A stretch of DNA of 64,000 nucleotides from Blasia pusilla (lineage: Eukaryota), in contig CM114271.1 in assembly GCA_050084515.1 (NCBI GenBank), forward strand, positions 44,888,001 to 44,952,000. The letters run 5' to 3'. Of the stretch, positions 1 through 13,409 are shown piece by piece (the first letter of the stretch is position 1; every line of letters begins with the position of its first letter). A program made the position numbers and the translations under genes. The notes beneath the pieces are model-generated. The model searched no databases and was not told where the DNA came from. It was given only the letters and a program-made list of their open reading frames with translations.

Positions 1-3000
1 CCAAGGCCCCACTCCGGCCCTTACTGCCTCACATGAGCAATATGACATACGGCGTTCCAATATTAGAAAAGAATACAGTAACAGAGCGAGCAGACAGCAT
101 TTGGCCAGCTCATGCGAAGAAGAAAGTATCAGTTAATGGCTTCACAGCTCACCAAATTGGTCAGTTATATTGCTTGATACACGAGCATGTACAGCTCCTC
201 GTTCAGGTTTTCTCCATGTGCATCTTAGAACCAGCTCGCCAGCAGCAAGCAATCGATACCCATCGCATGCTCATGGAGATGGTTGAGAAGCGCGATTTGC
301 TGCTTTCTTGGAAGAAAACTGCATTCCCCGATTTTTGTTTCCGGCCTCCTTACACTCATCCTTCCTTCACCGAGATAGAAGAGAGCAATCAAATGGGTCC
401 CAGCAACGTGTCTGGATCCAGTTCAGCAAGGCCTGGCGAAAATACCAATGGGATTTCAAATGTACAACTCGGAAACTTGCCACATGGGTCAGTAGGTGAC
501 TTTATGATGTGGAATTCGGGTTCCTCATCCACTTCTTTTCAAAATTTGCCACTTACGTCCTTGGGCCCCTCTGTAAAGCTAAACGCTGTGACTGAACCAC
601 CCTTGGGTTTGGCTCCTCAATCCTGCTCATTTCCAGTAACAATGGAGCCGGGGACTAGTGCTGTTGATCATTCTGCTATGCTGGCAAATTTCTCCCAGCA
701 ATCACCAAGAGTACCTCACTCCTGGCACCCAACTATCTCTCCATTCAATACCCACGAAGCTCCTCAAACGAGGCAAATAGTAGAGATTGCAGGTCCTGTA
801 CATAGTTGGGCTATGCCAAGAGCTTCTAGTAACGTACCCTTGACAAGGTCTAAAGATGCTACTGCTTCTTCAATCCCTCTTGGATCTGCTCACGAGGAAA
901 CATCTCTTCAGGTTCCTGGGAATTCAGGCTTGAATGGGAAGCAAACCAATTCTTCGATTGAATCATCAGAGTCGGTCTCATTACAAGTATGTGCATATTA
1001 TCGGGAAGGTTCACTGAAGGACACTGCAAGAATAAAAGCTCTTCATCCAACAACTACATTTATGTCAAGCTTGTGTTCTTCGGCATCTTTATCTTCAAAG
1101 AATGCACAGATGTTTAGACATCCTGCAGGAGAACCCTGTGGGAACATCTCAGAATGGGCACCTGCAACGTCAGGACCTGTAAGGTCATTGCTGGACGTGG
1201 CTCCACTTGCTCTAGTGAGGGATTTTTTGAACGATATGTCACGTGGTACGTCTCAATCCTCACTATCTCCACTTTGTATGGAGAATGATTCCTTAAGATT
1301 TTATCATCTTCTAATTTCTTCTTCAGTAAAATACCCCTCATAATACATCCAGGCTCCATGAGTCGTGATTCCACACCTGTATTAGTATCACCCCAACAAA
1401 AGGCAAAGTGAAGATTTGATGTTTGAAAGCTGTTTGGGAAAAAACTGGAGTAGTCCTCGGGGGGCCCTCAAATTTCGATGGACAGGAAAATTTGAAGAGG
1501 GATTTGAAGTAGTGAATTAATTTGACAATACAGTGAAAATTGTAGATGGACTGCCCCGTCAGTTCACTTTAGTTGCTTGAAACATGAGAGCCATTCTTAC
1601 AACACGCAGTATGATGACACGCTGAGAGTGAGAAGGGAAAAATTCTGACTCTGCTCAAGGCTTTATGTAAAGCTCTCAAGGTAGGAGAAAAACCAAAAAT
1701 TTGATGATTTCTCTGCTCTGTGGCACAAGATGCCCTTTTTCCTCAGCTTGAACAAAGCACTCTACTTGATCTTGGTCTCTACTTCCATTTTTGAACGCTC
1801 GAGTCCTCTCAGATCAGAGTCACCCTATTTATAATATGGTTGGCGAGATGCTTCCATGTTTGTGTCCTAATTCTTTTCCATAATGTCCTTTCTTGTGATG
1901 ATGGACACCTTAGAATTGCAGTTAATGTTTCAGGATTTATAACAATAGCATAGAGGCCATTATAGTTGTTGATCCAAGAGGGTTTTAAACAGAAGCGGGG
2001 AAAGAGGAAAGTTCATAGTTAGAATTCTTTCGGTCAACAGAACATCTACAGAATTCAAAGATGAATTTGTTAGGGTTTAATACAAGGAACATGGAATGAA
2101 GATCTATGGCTGCACTTGGTTGTGCCATCTTCAGTTTGCTAACTATCTGCAGAGAATAGCAGATGTTGAGAAGTTGTCTGTTAGTATGTGGATCTCATGA
2201 CATTTACTTGTTGCTGTGCAGTTGTAGAGGAGTACAGGCAACGACATGTGGAGAGCGGGGCATATCACAGTCAGTGTGAGAGGGAACCGCTTTTTCTTAC
2301 TTCAATACCTGATGAGCGTGAAGCGAATGTGAATAGAAAGCAAAACTTGAAGTCGATGCCATCTTTGCCAGGGCATGGAGAGGCCTTGCCAGCTGCATTG
2401 CCTCGATTGCAGGTCAAGAAAACGATGGCAGCTGCCCTTGTGGAAAGCACCAAAAAGCAAAGTCTGGCGTTGGTTCCCAAGGATGTTTCAATAGCTGTGC
2501 AGCGGTTTCTGCCATTCTTCAATAAAGCTTTATTTCCACACAAGCCTCCACCAATTGCTGCAGCCAATCGATTGCTCTTCACGGATTCAGAAGATGAGTA
2601 AGTGCATAATCTTAAGTCCACAGACTGTGAATTGGACTTGATCTATGAATTTAAAGTACATCCAGATGGTCAGTCACTTGTGAAGAGTGATGTGTAGTTG
2701 TATGGTCTTGTACAATAACCCACCAATATTGGTAGGTGATTGGAGATGTTGTTGCCCCTTTTGAGTGGTCTTTGTCTATGAGTCGGTCTGAGCAGAATAA
2801 TTTATGGTCAATAACATATAGGTGACTGGAAATATTAACGTGGATGCTGATGCCGCAACAGCCAAGATGATATGGACATGCTTGAAATGCTGAATAGACT
2901 GAAAATGCCATAAAAGGAGTTGTTCTGTCAGAATGCAGTCATGAGTCTTATCATCATGGAAGGTTTATGTGTCTGTTCAGCAATGGCTCGGTCTATTTGA

Positions 3001-6000
3001 ATTTACATCTTATTGTTCACTTGGGCCTGCTCCCAGTCTGTAGGTTCTTAATGGAAGTAGGGGCCAGCTGTAAAGTGTTTGGCACTCGATGCTTCTCTCA
3101 TTGTATCAAGCATCCTTTTCTCCAACCACCGGTGTTATCATTGATTGATGAGTTGGAATGGTTATCTTGCAGAAGTAATCTACTCCTCCCCACTTTCTCT
3201 GTCATAGATTTTTCTTAGTTTGTTCCTTTGTTTTACTTAGGCTGTTTTCATCATAGTGCACGCAACGTTTGGTTGTAATTATGTTTTCATTCTTCTATTA
3301 AATCTGGTCTCATATGTGAACATCGTGTTCTGGTATACTATTAGTGAATGTTGGGGATCGCAAGTCCAGATCATGCTTCAAATTAATTCAAAGGTTGCCA
3401 GTTGCTATCCTCTCTTTTTACTCGTGTGTAATCGTCCTCATTTCCATAACCTTTAGTTGTGAGGTAATTGTAGGCTGATTGCCTTTTGGAGCTTTTGTGC
3501 TGGAAATGGGATTACCAAGTGCTTAGCCTAAAGGTGTTTCTGTTCTTGGTTGTGAAGACTGCTTGCCATGGGTCTCATGATGTACAACACTGACTGGAAG
3601 GCTATTCAGCAACGCTTTCTTCCTTCGAAGTCAATGCATCAGGTGTGGTGCAAGTTGAAGTAATCTTGGTTTACAGCTATCTCACATTGGCCTTATTGCT
3701 TTTGTAAACACTTCTCCAAGGTTGCTGTGATGTTATTTTACAAGTGAGGACTTTGAATGCTCTCTCCTCTGTGCTCTGGTGTTTTTTAATATTCTATAGA
3801 TGTGCAACTTTGGTTGTACATAAAATCTATCGTATAGATTATACCAATACTAAGCACAGGTAAATGATTAAGAGGACCTCAGATGTTGAAAATCATGTAA
3901 CTTGCATCACTACTTTGATCTTTGACCCTTACAAATGATTTCTTTGCAGATTTTTGTCAGGCAGAAAAACCGCAGTTCTGCAAGAGCTCCAGAGAATTCT
4001 ATCAAGGTTCACTCAAAACCTAGTTCATAGGGTGTTATAATTTGAGTTACAAAGAGCTGGGAAGGAGGATGCCCTTGGCATTTGAAGATTTTCTTGTGTA
4101 GTCCAGTTGCAGTTGTGTGTAATGGAAGATTGACTTCGTTGTAAGCATGTGAGATAGCTTAAATGTGCACTCTATTCCACAGTCACACGCACTCAGGTGG
4201 TGGAGTGAGTGATCTTAGATTCCATGAAGGGTCTCATGATGCTATCCTAAAACGTGCCCTATAGTATCTTGAACTAGTTGGAGCAGCTGTTAGCATAAGG
4301 TGGTAATTTTGAGACTCCAGTCCTTCCACGACAAAGATTCAGTGTAAAATGATCTTGTACAGTGGGATGAGGTATTACGTCAACTTCATGTTTTAGATAA
4401 ACCTGATAAGTCTGGGTATTTTTCGTTCTTAAGTCTTGGGAAAGATGTTCGTAACATCTGACTTGTCTCATGGGTGTCACCTGAATGTGCAGGCAGTTCG
4501 CAGAATGAAGTCATCGCCTTTAACAGCTGCTGAGAAGGGATATATTCAAGAGGTAATCATCATAGAGAGATTTAATGCCAGAACTTTCTTCATTGGATGG
4601 AGCAGCCTGTTCGGAGGGCTACGTTTTGGAGCTGCTATGTATTGGGGGATTGGTTTGGTGAGCTGTGTAAAATGTTTGTCTTGTTTCCATGCTTCTGAAG
4701 AATCTTAACTTGGCCACAACTTACAATCCACACAATGCTTATGGGACGTTGTAAGGACATAGACATTCCAAAATGGTTGTAGCTTGTAAATGACAAGTCT
4801 CTTGATTGGGGATGGTTGCAGGGACTAAGGATGTACAAGTATGATTGGAACAAGGTGTGGGAACATTGTGTACCACATAGAGATCCTGCTGTTTTACCCC
4901 GTCAGTGGCGCATTGCCCTTGGTACGCAGAAATCCTATAAGACAAGCGAGACATCGAAAGAAAGACGCAGGGTTTATGAGGCCAATCGGCGTCAAATGAT
5001 TGCAGCAAAGAAAGCAAATGATACTTGCTTTCAAGCAAATAAGGTAAGTGGAGAGTGCTTGCTATTTCGTTGTCCTGTGTCATTAAGAATTGTGCAGCAG
5101 TTAATAGTTTATCACTTTTTATTTGGTTTCTTCCAGATTTCTTCTGGTTGTGGATCCATGCGAATTTTCGCAATTGATTGGTTTGTCCTTGATGTGTTTT
5201 GATGGTGAAAATTTGCCCAACCATCTTCATTACTTCTATGTCTGCAGGAAGCGGGCGCATCTTTTTTCGGGGCTGGAGTAGAATGCAGAGATGCCACCAG
5301 TGGTGAGGAGGATGGGGATGAGTCAGAGGATGCTTTTATCCGCGAAGCCTTTTTAGCTGATTGGTTCCCTAATACATCTCTATCTATTGGTGCTGCCTCT
5401 GTACCTGGACCAGCACCAGCGGAACCTAGTGGCGAGAGACAAATGACAAACAAACCAAGTGTATGTAGAAAAAGGAAAGCACGTGTAGAGTCACTGTCTC
5501 GTGTGAAGACTGTCTCTTCTGAACCTTCCTCCCATTTATTACCAAACTCGTCTTCATGGTTTAATCCTCCAGCTACTATGTTCAGCTGCAAGATGACAAA
5601 ACAGACTGTTAAACTGGCACCTGGGTTGCCTTCAGTTAAGCTTCCTCCTCATGTCCATGTTCTTTCTCAGTCCCATGTACAAACTGTGCCACCTCGTTTG
5701 CTGTCGGTAACTTCTTATTGGCCTCAAATTGGTGGTCAAGGGCTTGAGAACACTTCCTCTCGGGATCTATCTTCATCCTTGCCTTCATCTTCTCTATCTA
5801 GGAGTACAAGAGCAGTACGGCTTCATGAAAAAGGTGTTTCTTCTCTTCATCGCATGACTTTGGCAGGCTCTCATCGTAGCCACAAACAGGGTCTGTCCTC
5901 ACAGAAGGACGCTGGGTCAGGACTGAACGAATTAGCCAACTCTGTCAGTGAAGCAAGCGACTTGCATCCACAGGAAATAGCAAATCCACTGGATAAGAAA

Positions 6001-7860
6001 CTCGAAACTGTGCCATTGTCCTCAAGTTCATTCCACCAAGGAGGTCCCGTTGCTTTACACTCAAGGTTGGAGCCAGTGTTGGTTCAAGATCTGTCTTCTG
6101 AAGGATCATCTGCCAAGGATGTAGGGATTGCAACACTAAAACAAGCTGGTCCCCAATTTCATCCATTCTTTGGAGCATCAAGAGAACGCTCTTCAGTTTT
6201 GAGATTCGACAGCGCTTCACCACGTGGCATAAAGAAGATGATGGTGACCCCTTGCAATCAATTTGGGCGAAATTCCCAACCTCCTTCAACATCTGGAGAA
6301 GTAGTGGCTACTGAAAGTGTACACTCTGATATTTCAGATCGGGTTGTCTCAGAAACGCAGGTAAATGTATCTGACACAACAGATGATATGCCCCTTGCTA
6401 GCACCCAAGATCATCATACTGTGCAACTTTCAAAACAGGATAGTAGAAGAGGATCTGTCTCGCAACTCTCTGTAGACTGCCAACAGACAAGGGTCAGTCC
6501 GAGTAAAGTTGTGCCTATAGTTCAAGTAGCAGTTCATTCAACAGTTCAGTCACGCACAGATTTGATGGATGGTGAAGTAGCCAAGGGAAGGCGTGAAGAT
6601 ATTCTTAAACAGAGGGCTTCTATGGGGAAGAGAAAGTTAGAAAAGAGGAGCAAAAGGTTGGTTTGTGCTCAGCAAATTGGGAAGACCACCCAAAATCTGA
6701 ACACTCGAGATAGAAGAGAGAAGACTTTACAGCATGTGGCACCGGTCTCAGTAGAAGAATGTCAGACTCATGAAGGTGCAATAAGAAGTACACAGCCTAG
6801 GGTCATAGATGCTGGAATGGTGAGTAATAAAAGGAGATATTCAAAGGTCCAAGAAGGGAGGATAGAAACAGGTAATGAAGATCCACATTCAGAAGCCCAT
6901 GTCATAGTTATGGAGCAAGAAGAATTGAGTGACTCTGAAGATGAGGCTGATATTGGAGTACAATTTGAACATGAGGAGATGGGAGACTCTGACAAGGATA
7001 CAGATTTGGAGTTACATACTTCTAAACATTCAAAGGTAAGTAAAGTGAGCTCAAATAATGAAACTAGACTTTCATCTAGATCCAGGATTGTGGAGCTATA
7101 AGATACAGTAATTTGCGGGGGAAAGACATCAACTTTTATGTTTTCCTCATGGATTCCTTCATCTGGTGGAGGATCATCTTCAGAATCTCTTAATTCCGGT
7201 TTTGAACTCTATGCCGAGGTGTCTAGTGTTTGTAGAGGACTTTACTAGTGCTTCTAGATGTTGCCCTTTTTGGAAAGAGCAGTGAATCTCCTCACATTGT
7301 ATACAGCACATATCTTTTTTGGGAGCTCTTGTGTGCTAGTTCGGATTTGTGGTGCATTCTCATGAGATTTATGATCTATCAGGAGTGTAACATTGAGTTC
7401 GAAGAGGAGGAGATTGGGAGTGACAGAGAGAGAGAAGAGGATCATGATATTGTTGGGTGTTCACGAGAAAGAAGTAAAGAGAGGCTTGAATTGCCAGTGG
7501 AAGGATTAATGAATGCTGCCACCTCAAGATCAGCAGTGAAAAGGCAAAAACTACATCTTAAGAGAAGTGTGGGACAAAAAACTCTTAGGTTCCGAACTAG
7601 CAATCGGAAAGATCTGAAGACTACAGAGGACACAAAAACTGCCGAATGTAGCGTTCAGAAGACATGTAGGGGAACAGTACCAGGCTCAAGTGGGAAGCAG
7701 GTGGGGAGAGCCATGCAAGCCAAAACTGGAAGGACTATTCCTGAAAGACGAGAAAGTGGTAGCAGCTCTCAGGCTTGTAAGAAGAGAGGGCCTGGTTTCG
7801 CAAAGAAAGCATCTGCATGGGAAGACAAGGGTTCAGAAGTTGAAAACGAGGAGGCATTAG
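1..7860 (+). CDS. DUO3: DUO POLLEN 3 / GON-4-like Myb-homeodomain nuclear protein, multi-exon, 5' end upstream of window
   Basis: GT-AG exons <1-1245, 2222-2597, 3558-3642, 3950-4006, 4493-4552, 4822-5043, 5248-7035 and 7383-7860 splice in frame. They give NRLLFTDSEDELLAMGLMMYNTDWKAIQQRFLPSKSMHQIFVRQKNRSSARAPENSIKAVRRMKSSPLT...YDWNKVWEHCVPHRDPAVLPRQWRIALGTQKSYK, which matches my recollection of the plant DUO3 core, plus the IVMEQEELSDSEDE...VQFEHEEM acidic motif. A last exon may lie at ~8464-8563 (uncertain). Confidence 0.85.
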
Positions 7861-10800
7861 GTACAAAATCATGCCACTCTACATTCTATAATATTCCAGT
7901 ATGTACCAGAATGAGAAAGTTTGAAGCTTATGTTCGTGAATGGTCTGGGCTAGGTTTTTTTCTGACTGAGGTATCTTTTGTATTTACCTTGGATACAGCT
8001 TTTCATATGTATGGGTCCAAAACCCTTTTTACATGGGATTGCGGTGAATGTTTCTAGTGGGGCCGTCTTTACATTTCCAAGACTATGCATCTCGCCTTTT
8101 TTCTCTATTTTTTGTGACTCTGATTTGTGCATGCCCTTTTTGCTGTGTGCTTTTGAGGTATATATGAAAAACATAAACCAGCAATCATTATTACATCTTT
8201 TCTGTGGACGTGGTTTTATGACCTGCTACAGTAGGATGGAGGTCTGCAATTAGTAAAACACTTCTCATTTGAAGGGTTGGTAAATTATTATTGATATGCG
8301 AAAAGGGCTCGTGGTGATTGGTCGGACTGGTGTTGGTCTGACTGGTGTTTGTATGTTGGGACACAGATGAAACAGCCTTTGAGGCAGCTCGAGTTTTGGC
8401 TGTCATTTATCAAATTCCTGGAATTGCTCGGAAGTGAAGAGTGACTAGTTTAAAAGTCTTCAGGAGCGACTCTGCCATTACATCAGGCAGGCCTGGTTAC
8501 TCCTCTTTCACTGGAGTCGTCGAAGATTGTCCTTGCAAACCAAATGGCATTCCATCAATGCTAGGTACTTGGCTTCACAACCCTCTACCTCTCAACCTAG
8601 GATGGTACTCGAGTGGAATGTTTGATTTGTAAATGCTGCGTTGATCTAGGCAAGATACCCTACCCCAGCTCTCACTTAGCTCGAATCTGATCACTTGGAA
8701 AACTTCGGAGGAAATTCGGTGCTTTATTCTGTACTGAAGTTGAGAGATTCTAATCTGAAGTCGACAGAAGCAATGGTAACCGTTTTGGTGAGTTGAGACC
8801 GGGGATGCTCTCATGCCTCATCATCATAATATAGAAGGTATGTGGTTTTTCCAGCTAAGAGATTCAGAATAAGTTGATGAGTTCTCGTAGCATAACTTTC
8901 AGTCGCTGAGCTGACTGAAGAAGTTTTTCAAGAGCAGGAATGCCGCAAGTGCAGATGGAAGAAGCTTTGACGAAGAATTTTGTTCAACAACCTACAAAGG
9001 GCGGTCATGATGGGTAACAGCTTGGCAATCCGACTTGTGAATGTTTTCTCGGTGTGAAAGAATTGTCACCGGAGAAGAATTCTAAATCAGGCAGAAGGGT
9101 TCAAGCCAGTGTCGATGACTCTTTGGAGGGCAACTCTCACGATCGTCCCTGCAAGCTATCGAGCATAGAGTGGTTCGACTAAAGATCTTCCAGGAGGATT
9201 ATGCAGCTCGTGTCATTAACGTCAGATTTTCCATCGGCGATGGGTCGATTAGGAAGCTGTGCAATCTTATTGGCCTTTCCGGTTCCGATGAAGGTATCAT
9301 CTGCCAAACAAATTATGCCTTGATGACATCGTAAGAGAACGACTGCAACATCACCTACCAGTGAAATTGGCCTTCAAAAGAACCTACTGGTCTCCTATCA
9401 CCAAAAGGAGAAGTCTGCGGTATATGTTGATGGAGCGGAGGATCCGTCCTTGTTGACAGTGGGATGGGCTGTCATACGGTATCGCTGTCAACTGCCAGAT
9501 GAGATCAATTGTCCCTGATTAGTTGCAGATTATAAGACAGGAAGATTGCCGCTAACGAGTGTACGAATCTGTAGAATCAGATGTACGAAGAGTGAAGAAA
9601 TATGAACTTTGAGGTTTCATGCCGTTGCCTATCACCTTGTCATTTGTTGGTGATGAGGATGGTTGGCACACGGAATCCACGAATAAAGCGTAATTCGTCC
9701 AGTTGTACGTCACAGTGTACGCTTCGTATGGGTTAGCCGACAGTGGGATGGGCCTTTTTTCCTGCGATACGGTACGCTTTTAACTTACCAGCTTGAAACT
9801 TGTGTTCCCTCCCCTTTCTAAACTTGACAACGAAATGATGGCCGCATCCTGCGGTGGACGTGGTCATCGCGATGAATCGAAAACAATTCCACATTACCAC
9901 GTCATTTCACTCGGTTAAAGTCTCATTGCCACAAGCTGATCGCGAGGTTATCGCATGCTAGTACCCGACAGAACATGAGCAATGCGAGGGACATCGAAGA
10001 ATCCGTGCTCCGACCGAGATGAGAGAAGAATCCGTTCCAAATGCTGTCATTCCCATGGGACTGTACTCGTCACGACATGAGACGTTTAGACTACGCATAT
10101 ATAATCGCAGATAACATTTAGCAGACCTTGGCATGGCACCCGCAGTTTACGGCGTCACCATCCCATAGCCTAACTTTCTGGGCTCCTGGCACTAAGAATT
10201 GGATGAGACGTCGGGCTACAATACCTCTAACGCTGTCAATGTACACAAGCGCGCAAGAAGTACTCGACGGCGCTGCATCGGCCGTTTCCGCATTCGATGG
10301 TGCACCGGAAAGAATCCTCGGTCAGTCGGTCATGCTGTTGTCTTCCTGTGCTCAACGAACAATGACGTTCAGAGCAACTGTACGGGCAAACGCCGTTCAA
10401 TATTCGATATTCGGTATCGAACGGGCGTTGTGTAGTTTTTGACGGTGCACTTCCGGTGAGTTGTGGTCTGTTATATGTATGAGAGGAAGAACGGATCGGA
10501 GTAGACGAGGGAAGAGGAGGAACGGGTTCACATGGCCGGAGAGGGATGAACGCGTGTGGATTCTGTCGATATAGGAGATCGTTTAATGGGGCACGAGTCT
10601 GAGCAATCTAGTGTGCAGGGCTGAGCGATCGCGAAATTTCTGTCGCGAGGGAGTGCTTTGCACCGATTGCAGAGCTTAATGGAGGAACATCAGTTCCGGA
10701 GATTGTTGGAGCTGTTCCCCGTCGTCCGTTCCTCGACGTACTGTGTAAGCTTGTCGATAAACGTGTCCCTCTGATAGAAAAGCTATGATGTGGTTGGTAC

Positions 10801-10981
10801 TTGAATTGGTACGTGAGCGAGGTCTCGACCGTTGTTCAGCCTTTACGGGAGTGAGCGGATTTTCAGTTATTGGTGGAAGAGTTGAATTTTCTTTCCAGCT
10901 GCAATCCACAGAGATCCTTCTTCTAGGAGTGAAATCGGGATTTCTTTGAGCGTTTTGAACGAGAACTGGTTGTTCGTAAAG

Positions 10982-13409
10982 ATGCCTGAGGACAGCGATG
11001 TTTCTGTCGATCAAAGAACTGGAAAAATCTCAATTGTTCGTCTCATCCGGTGCAGTTCGGGAGTAGCCTTTACCTTTGTCGCCGAGTTCATCTACTGGCA
11101 ATCAGGGAGATGTTGTGAGCACCTTTCAAAGAAGAAGGATTAAAAAAGTGGAATTAGTACAGTTTACGGGATCTTGGATGGGAATCTGGAAGCGCGTCCC
11201 TCTGCTCCGGCAAGGCATCTCCTCTTGACCAGACACCTGTAATAATATTGTTTAGAGCTAAGAAGTAAATTTGAATTAGGGATACAGGGCAGGAGCCTAG
11301 ATAGATACACTTGAGAGTTATTCTCATAGCCGTATCACAGAACTGGAATTGCGATTCCCTGCCTACATCTCCAGTGAAGTGTAGGTTGCAAACGCGTATG
11401 TGCACTGGAAAATAGGATCCCTTTTTGTGTCTCCATTTGTAGAACGTAGGATCTGGATATTTCGTCACTAACGCATGGACCGGGAGTTTACTATCGTTAT
11501 GATAGCATAGAGTATACCTTCTGTCTTTGCAGTTTTGACAGTCTTGGAAATGAGAAACTGCCATCAAAACCCTCTCATATGATCGAGTCGAAAGTGTTGT
11601 TCAATCGATGAAGGAATGTACTTATCAAAACACTTCTTGACCATAGTGTCTCTGATTAATGAAGGAGTTTGAACGTTCGCGGGTCTGAATCGTTCCTCAA
11701 ATTTCTATTCTGTGACAGGCAGAGGAGGATGTCACCCGTACTTCTAACAGTAACAATGGTACAACTCACGGGACAAAAAAACTAGGAAAAACGTCCTCTG
11801 CGGATCCATCATCCGAGGTGGTGCAATCGGTAAACTGGACGGACCATTACTCTTATCTGATGTGGAAAGTGACCCGCTGCCCTGCGTTTATGCATGGAAT
11901 TCCTTGAGCTCATTCATTAAATGTACAATTACATGTGTGGGGGAGAGCAGATTAGAATGTGCCAGCAGGTAGGAATTGTCTAAAAATTTGATTGAAGAAC
12001 TGCCTCTGACGTTGTCTAATCGGTATCATTAAACGCAGGGTCTCCTAGACACAGATGTAGGGCATTCATCGGGGGAGGGCGAGCTCATACCAACGCAGCA
12101 TCAAAAAGCCTCACCAAGTGGATCTCAAGGACATGGTGGTACAGGCAAATCCTTTGCCTTCGTCTTTAGGGTGCAGCTGTTTAACACGCGGTCCTTGTCA
12201 GTCATGATGTAATAAGATCTGTCGATGGAATGAGTGTTAAGTTTGGATGTCTAAAATCTGTTTGTTGACAGTCATACCTCAGTAGAGCTAGCAATTGCGA
12301 TGTAATCTATAATTAATTTGGTATATGTGATTTTTTTCCCTTGTGAAGGGCTGACTTCTGTGCCTTGCACTGCTGATTCTCTCCCAGATCAGTCTTTGAA
12401 TGTGGTTTAACTACGAAGGTGTTAATGATGGTGTGCTGCTTCTCTTAACTTGTCACCACTTACTTTGTGTCAGATTTCTGGAGCACACTGAAAACTGTCA
12501 TGCAAGCACGGGTATTTTTCGATCATTTTATTCTGTTTCATTCCGTTCATTACTGATAGCATACCCTATCTAATGGAACATGCAATAATTACTACAGACA
12601 GAACTGTGAGAGGTCTCGTGAGGAATGTAGAAGTATTTTCTCTTAGTGGACACATTGAACTCTTTACTATAAATACTACATTGATGTGGTATACAATCTT
12701 GCAGGCATTTCCACTGAATGCTGGGCACACCTATAATCTATACAAAAGTAGTTGTGGATAGTAATGTGGGCAAGTCAATGTGTTATGTGCTGTTCAAGAA
12801 ATCAAACTTTTCCTCAAAGAGTGATGCAAAGAAAATGATCTCCACAGTGCTTGAGATAGGGGTGGCATTGGAGTGAGTAACTAAAGAGACTCCACTTAAA
12901 TCACTAGTTGACGATGTGGATTGGAATTGAGTGGTTGCAGCTTGGAGATCAGGAAGGCCAGCGTTTTTGTGAGGTTTTTAAGACAGTACATGATTCTCTG
13001 GTAAAATCTACTCCTGATTGATTGATCATGACAGGTTCATGTGTGTCTGTTGTACGTCTGCATGCAACTTACTTGTATCTCCATCTACGCAAACTAATAC
13101 AGCATGTTGAAGAAACGATTTTCTTTATGGCAAGCTTGATATTAGAGATTCCTTCTCCCCCAAGGTTTATCACGATGAGTTTGTTAGCAGTTTATACTTC
13201 CAGATAGAATAGGACTACCTCTCTGATCTTTGTGACAAAAATAAAGCCTCATTAGATTTCTAGAAATTGTGAACAAGGTGGTATTCGTGATAGTGTGCCA
13301 TCAATCTCAATGTATCCTGTGTTCTTTTGGTCTTTTGCAGATAATGAGGACGTTATCGTTGGATGACATCGAGAGGATGGCAAAACATCTACCTTTGCAG
13401 CGAAACTAA
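10982..13409 (+). CDS. Candidate small four-exon gene, 79 aa, unknown function
   Basis: Exons 10982-11035, 11719-11817, 11951-11968 and 13341-13409 have GT/AG boundaries, all phase 0. They join to MPEDSDVSVDQRTGKISI-AEEDVTRTSNSNNGTTHGTKKLGKTSSADPSSE-IRMCQQ-IMRTLSLDDIERMAKHLPLQRN*. No homologue recognised. Confidence 0.45.
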
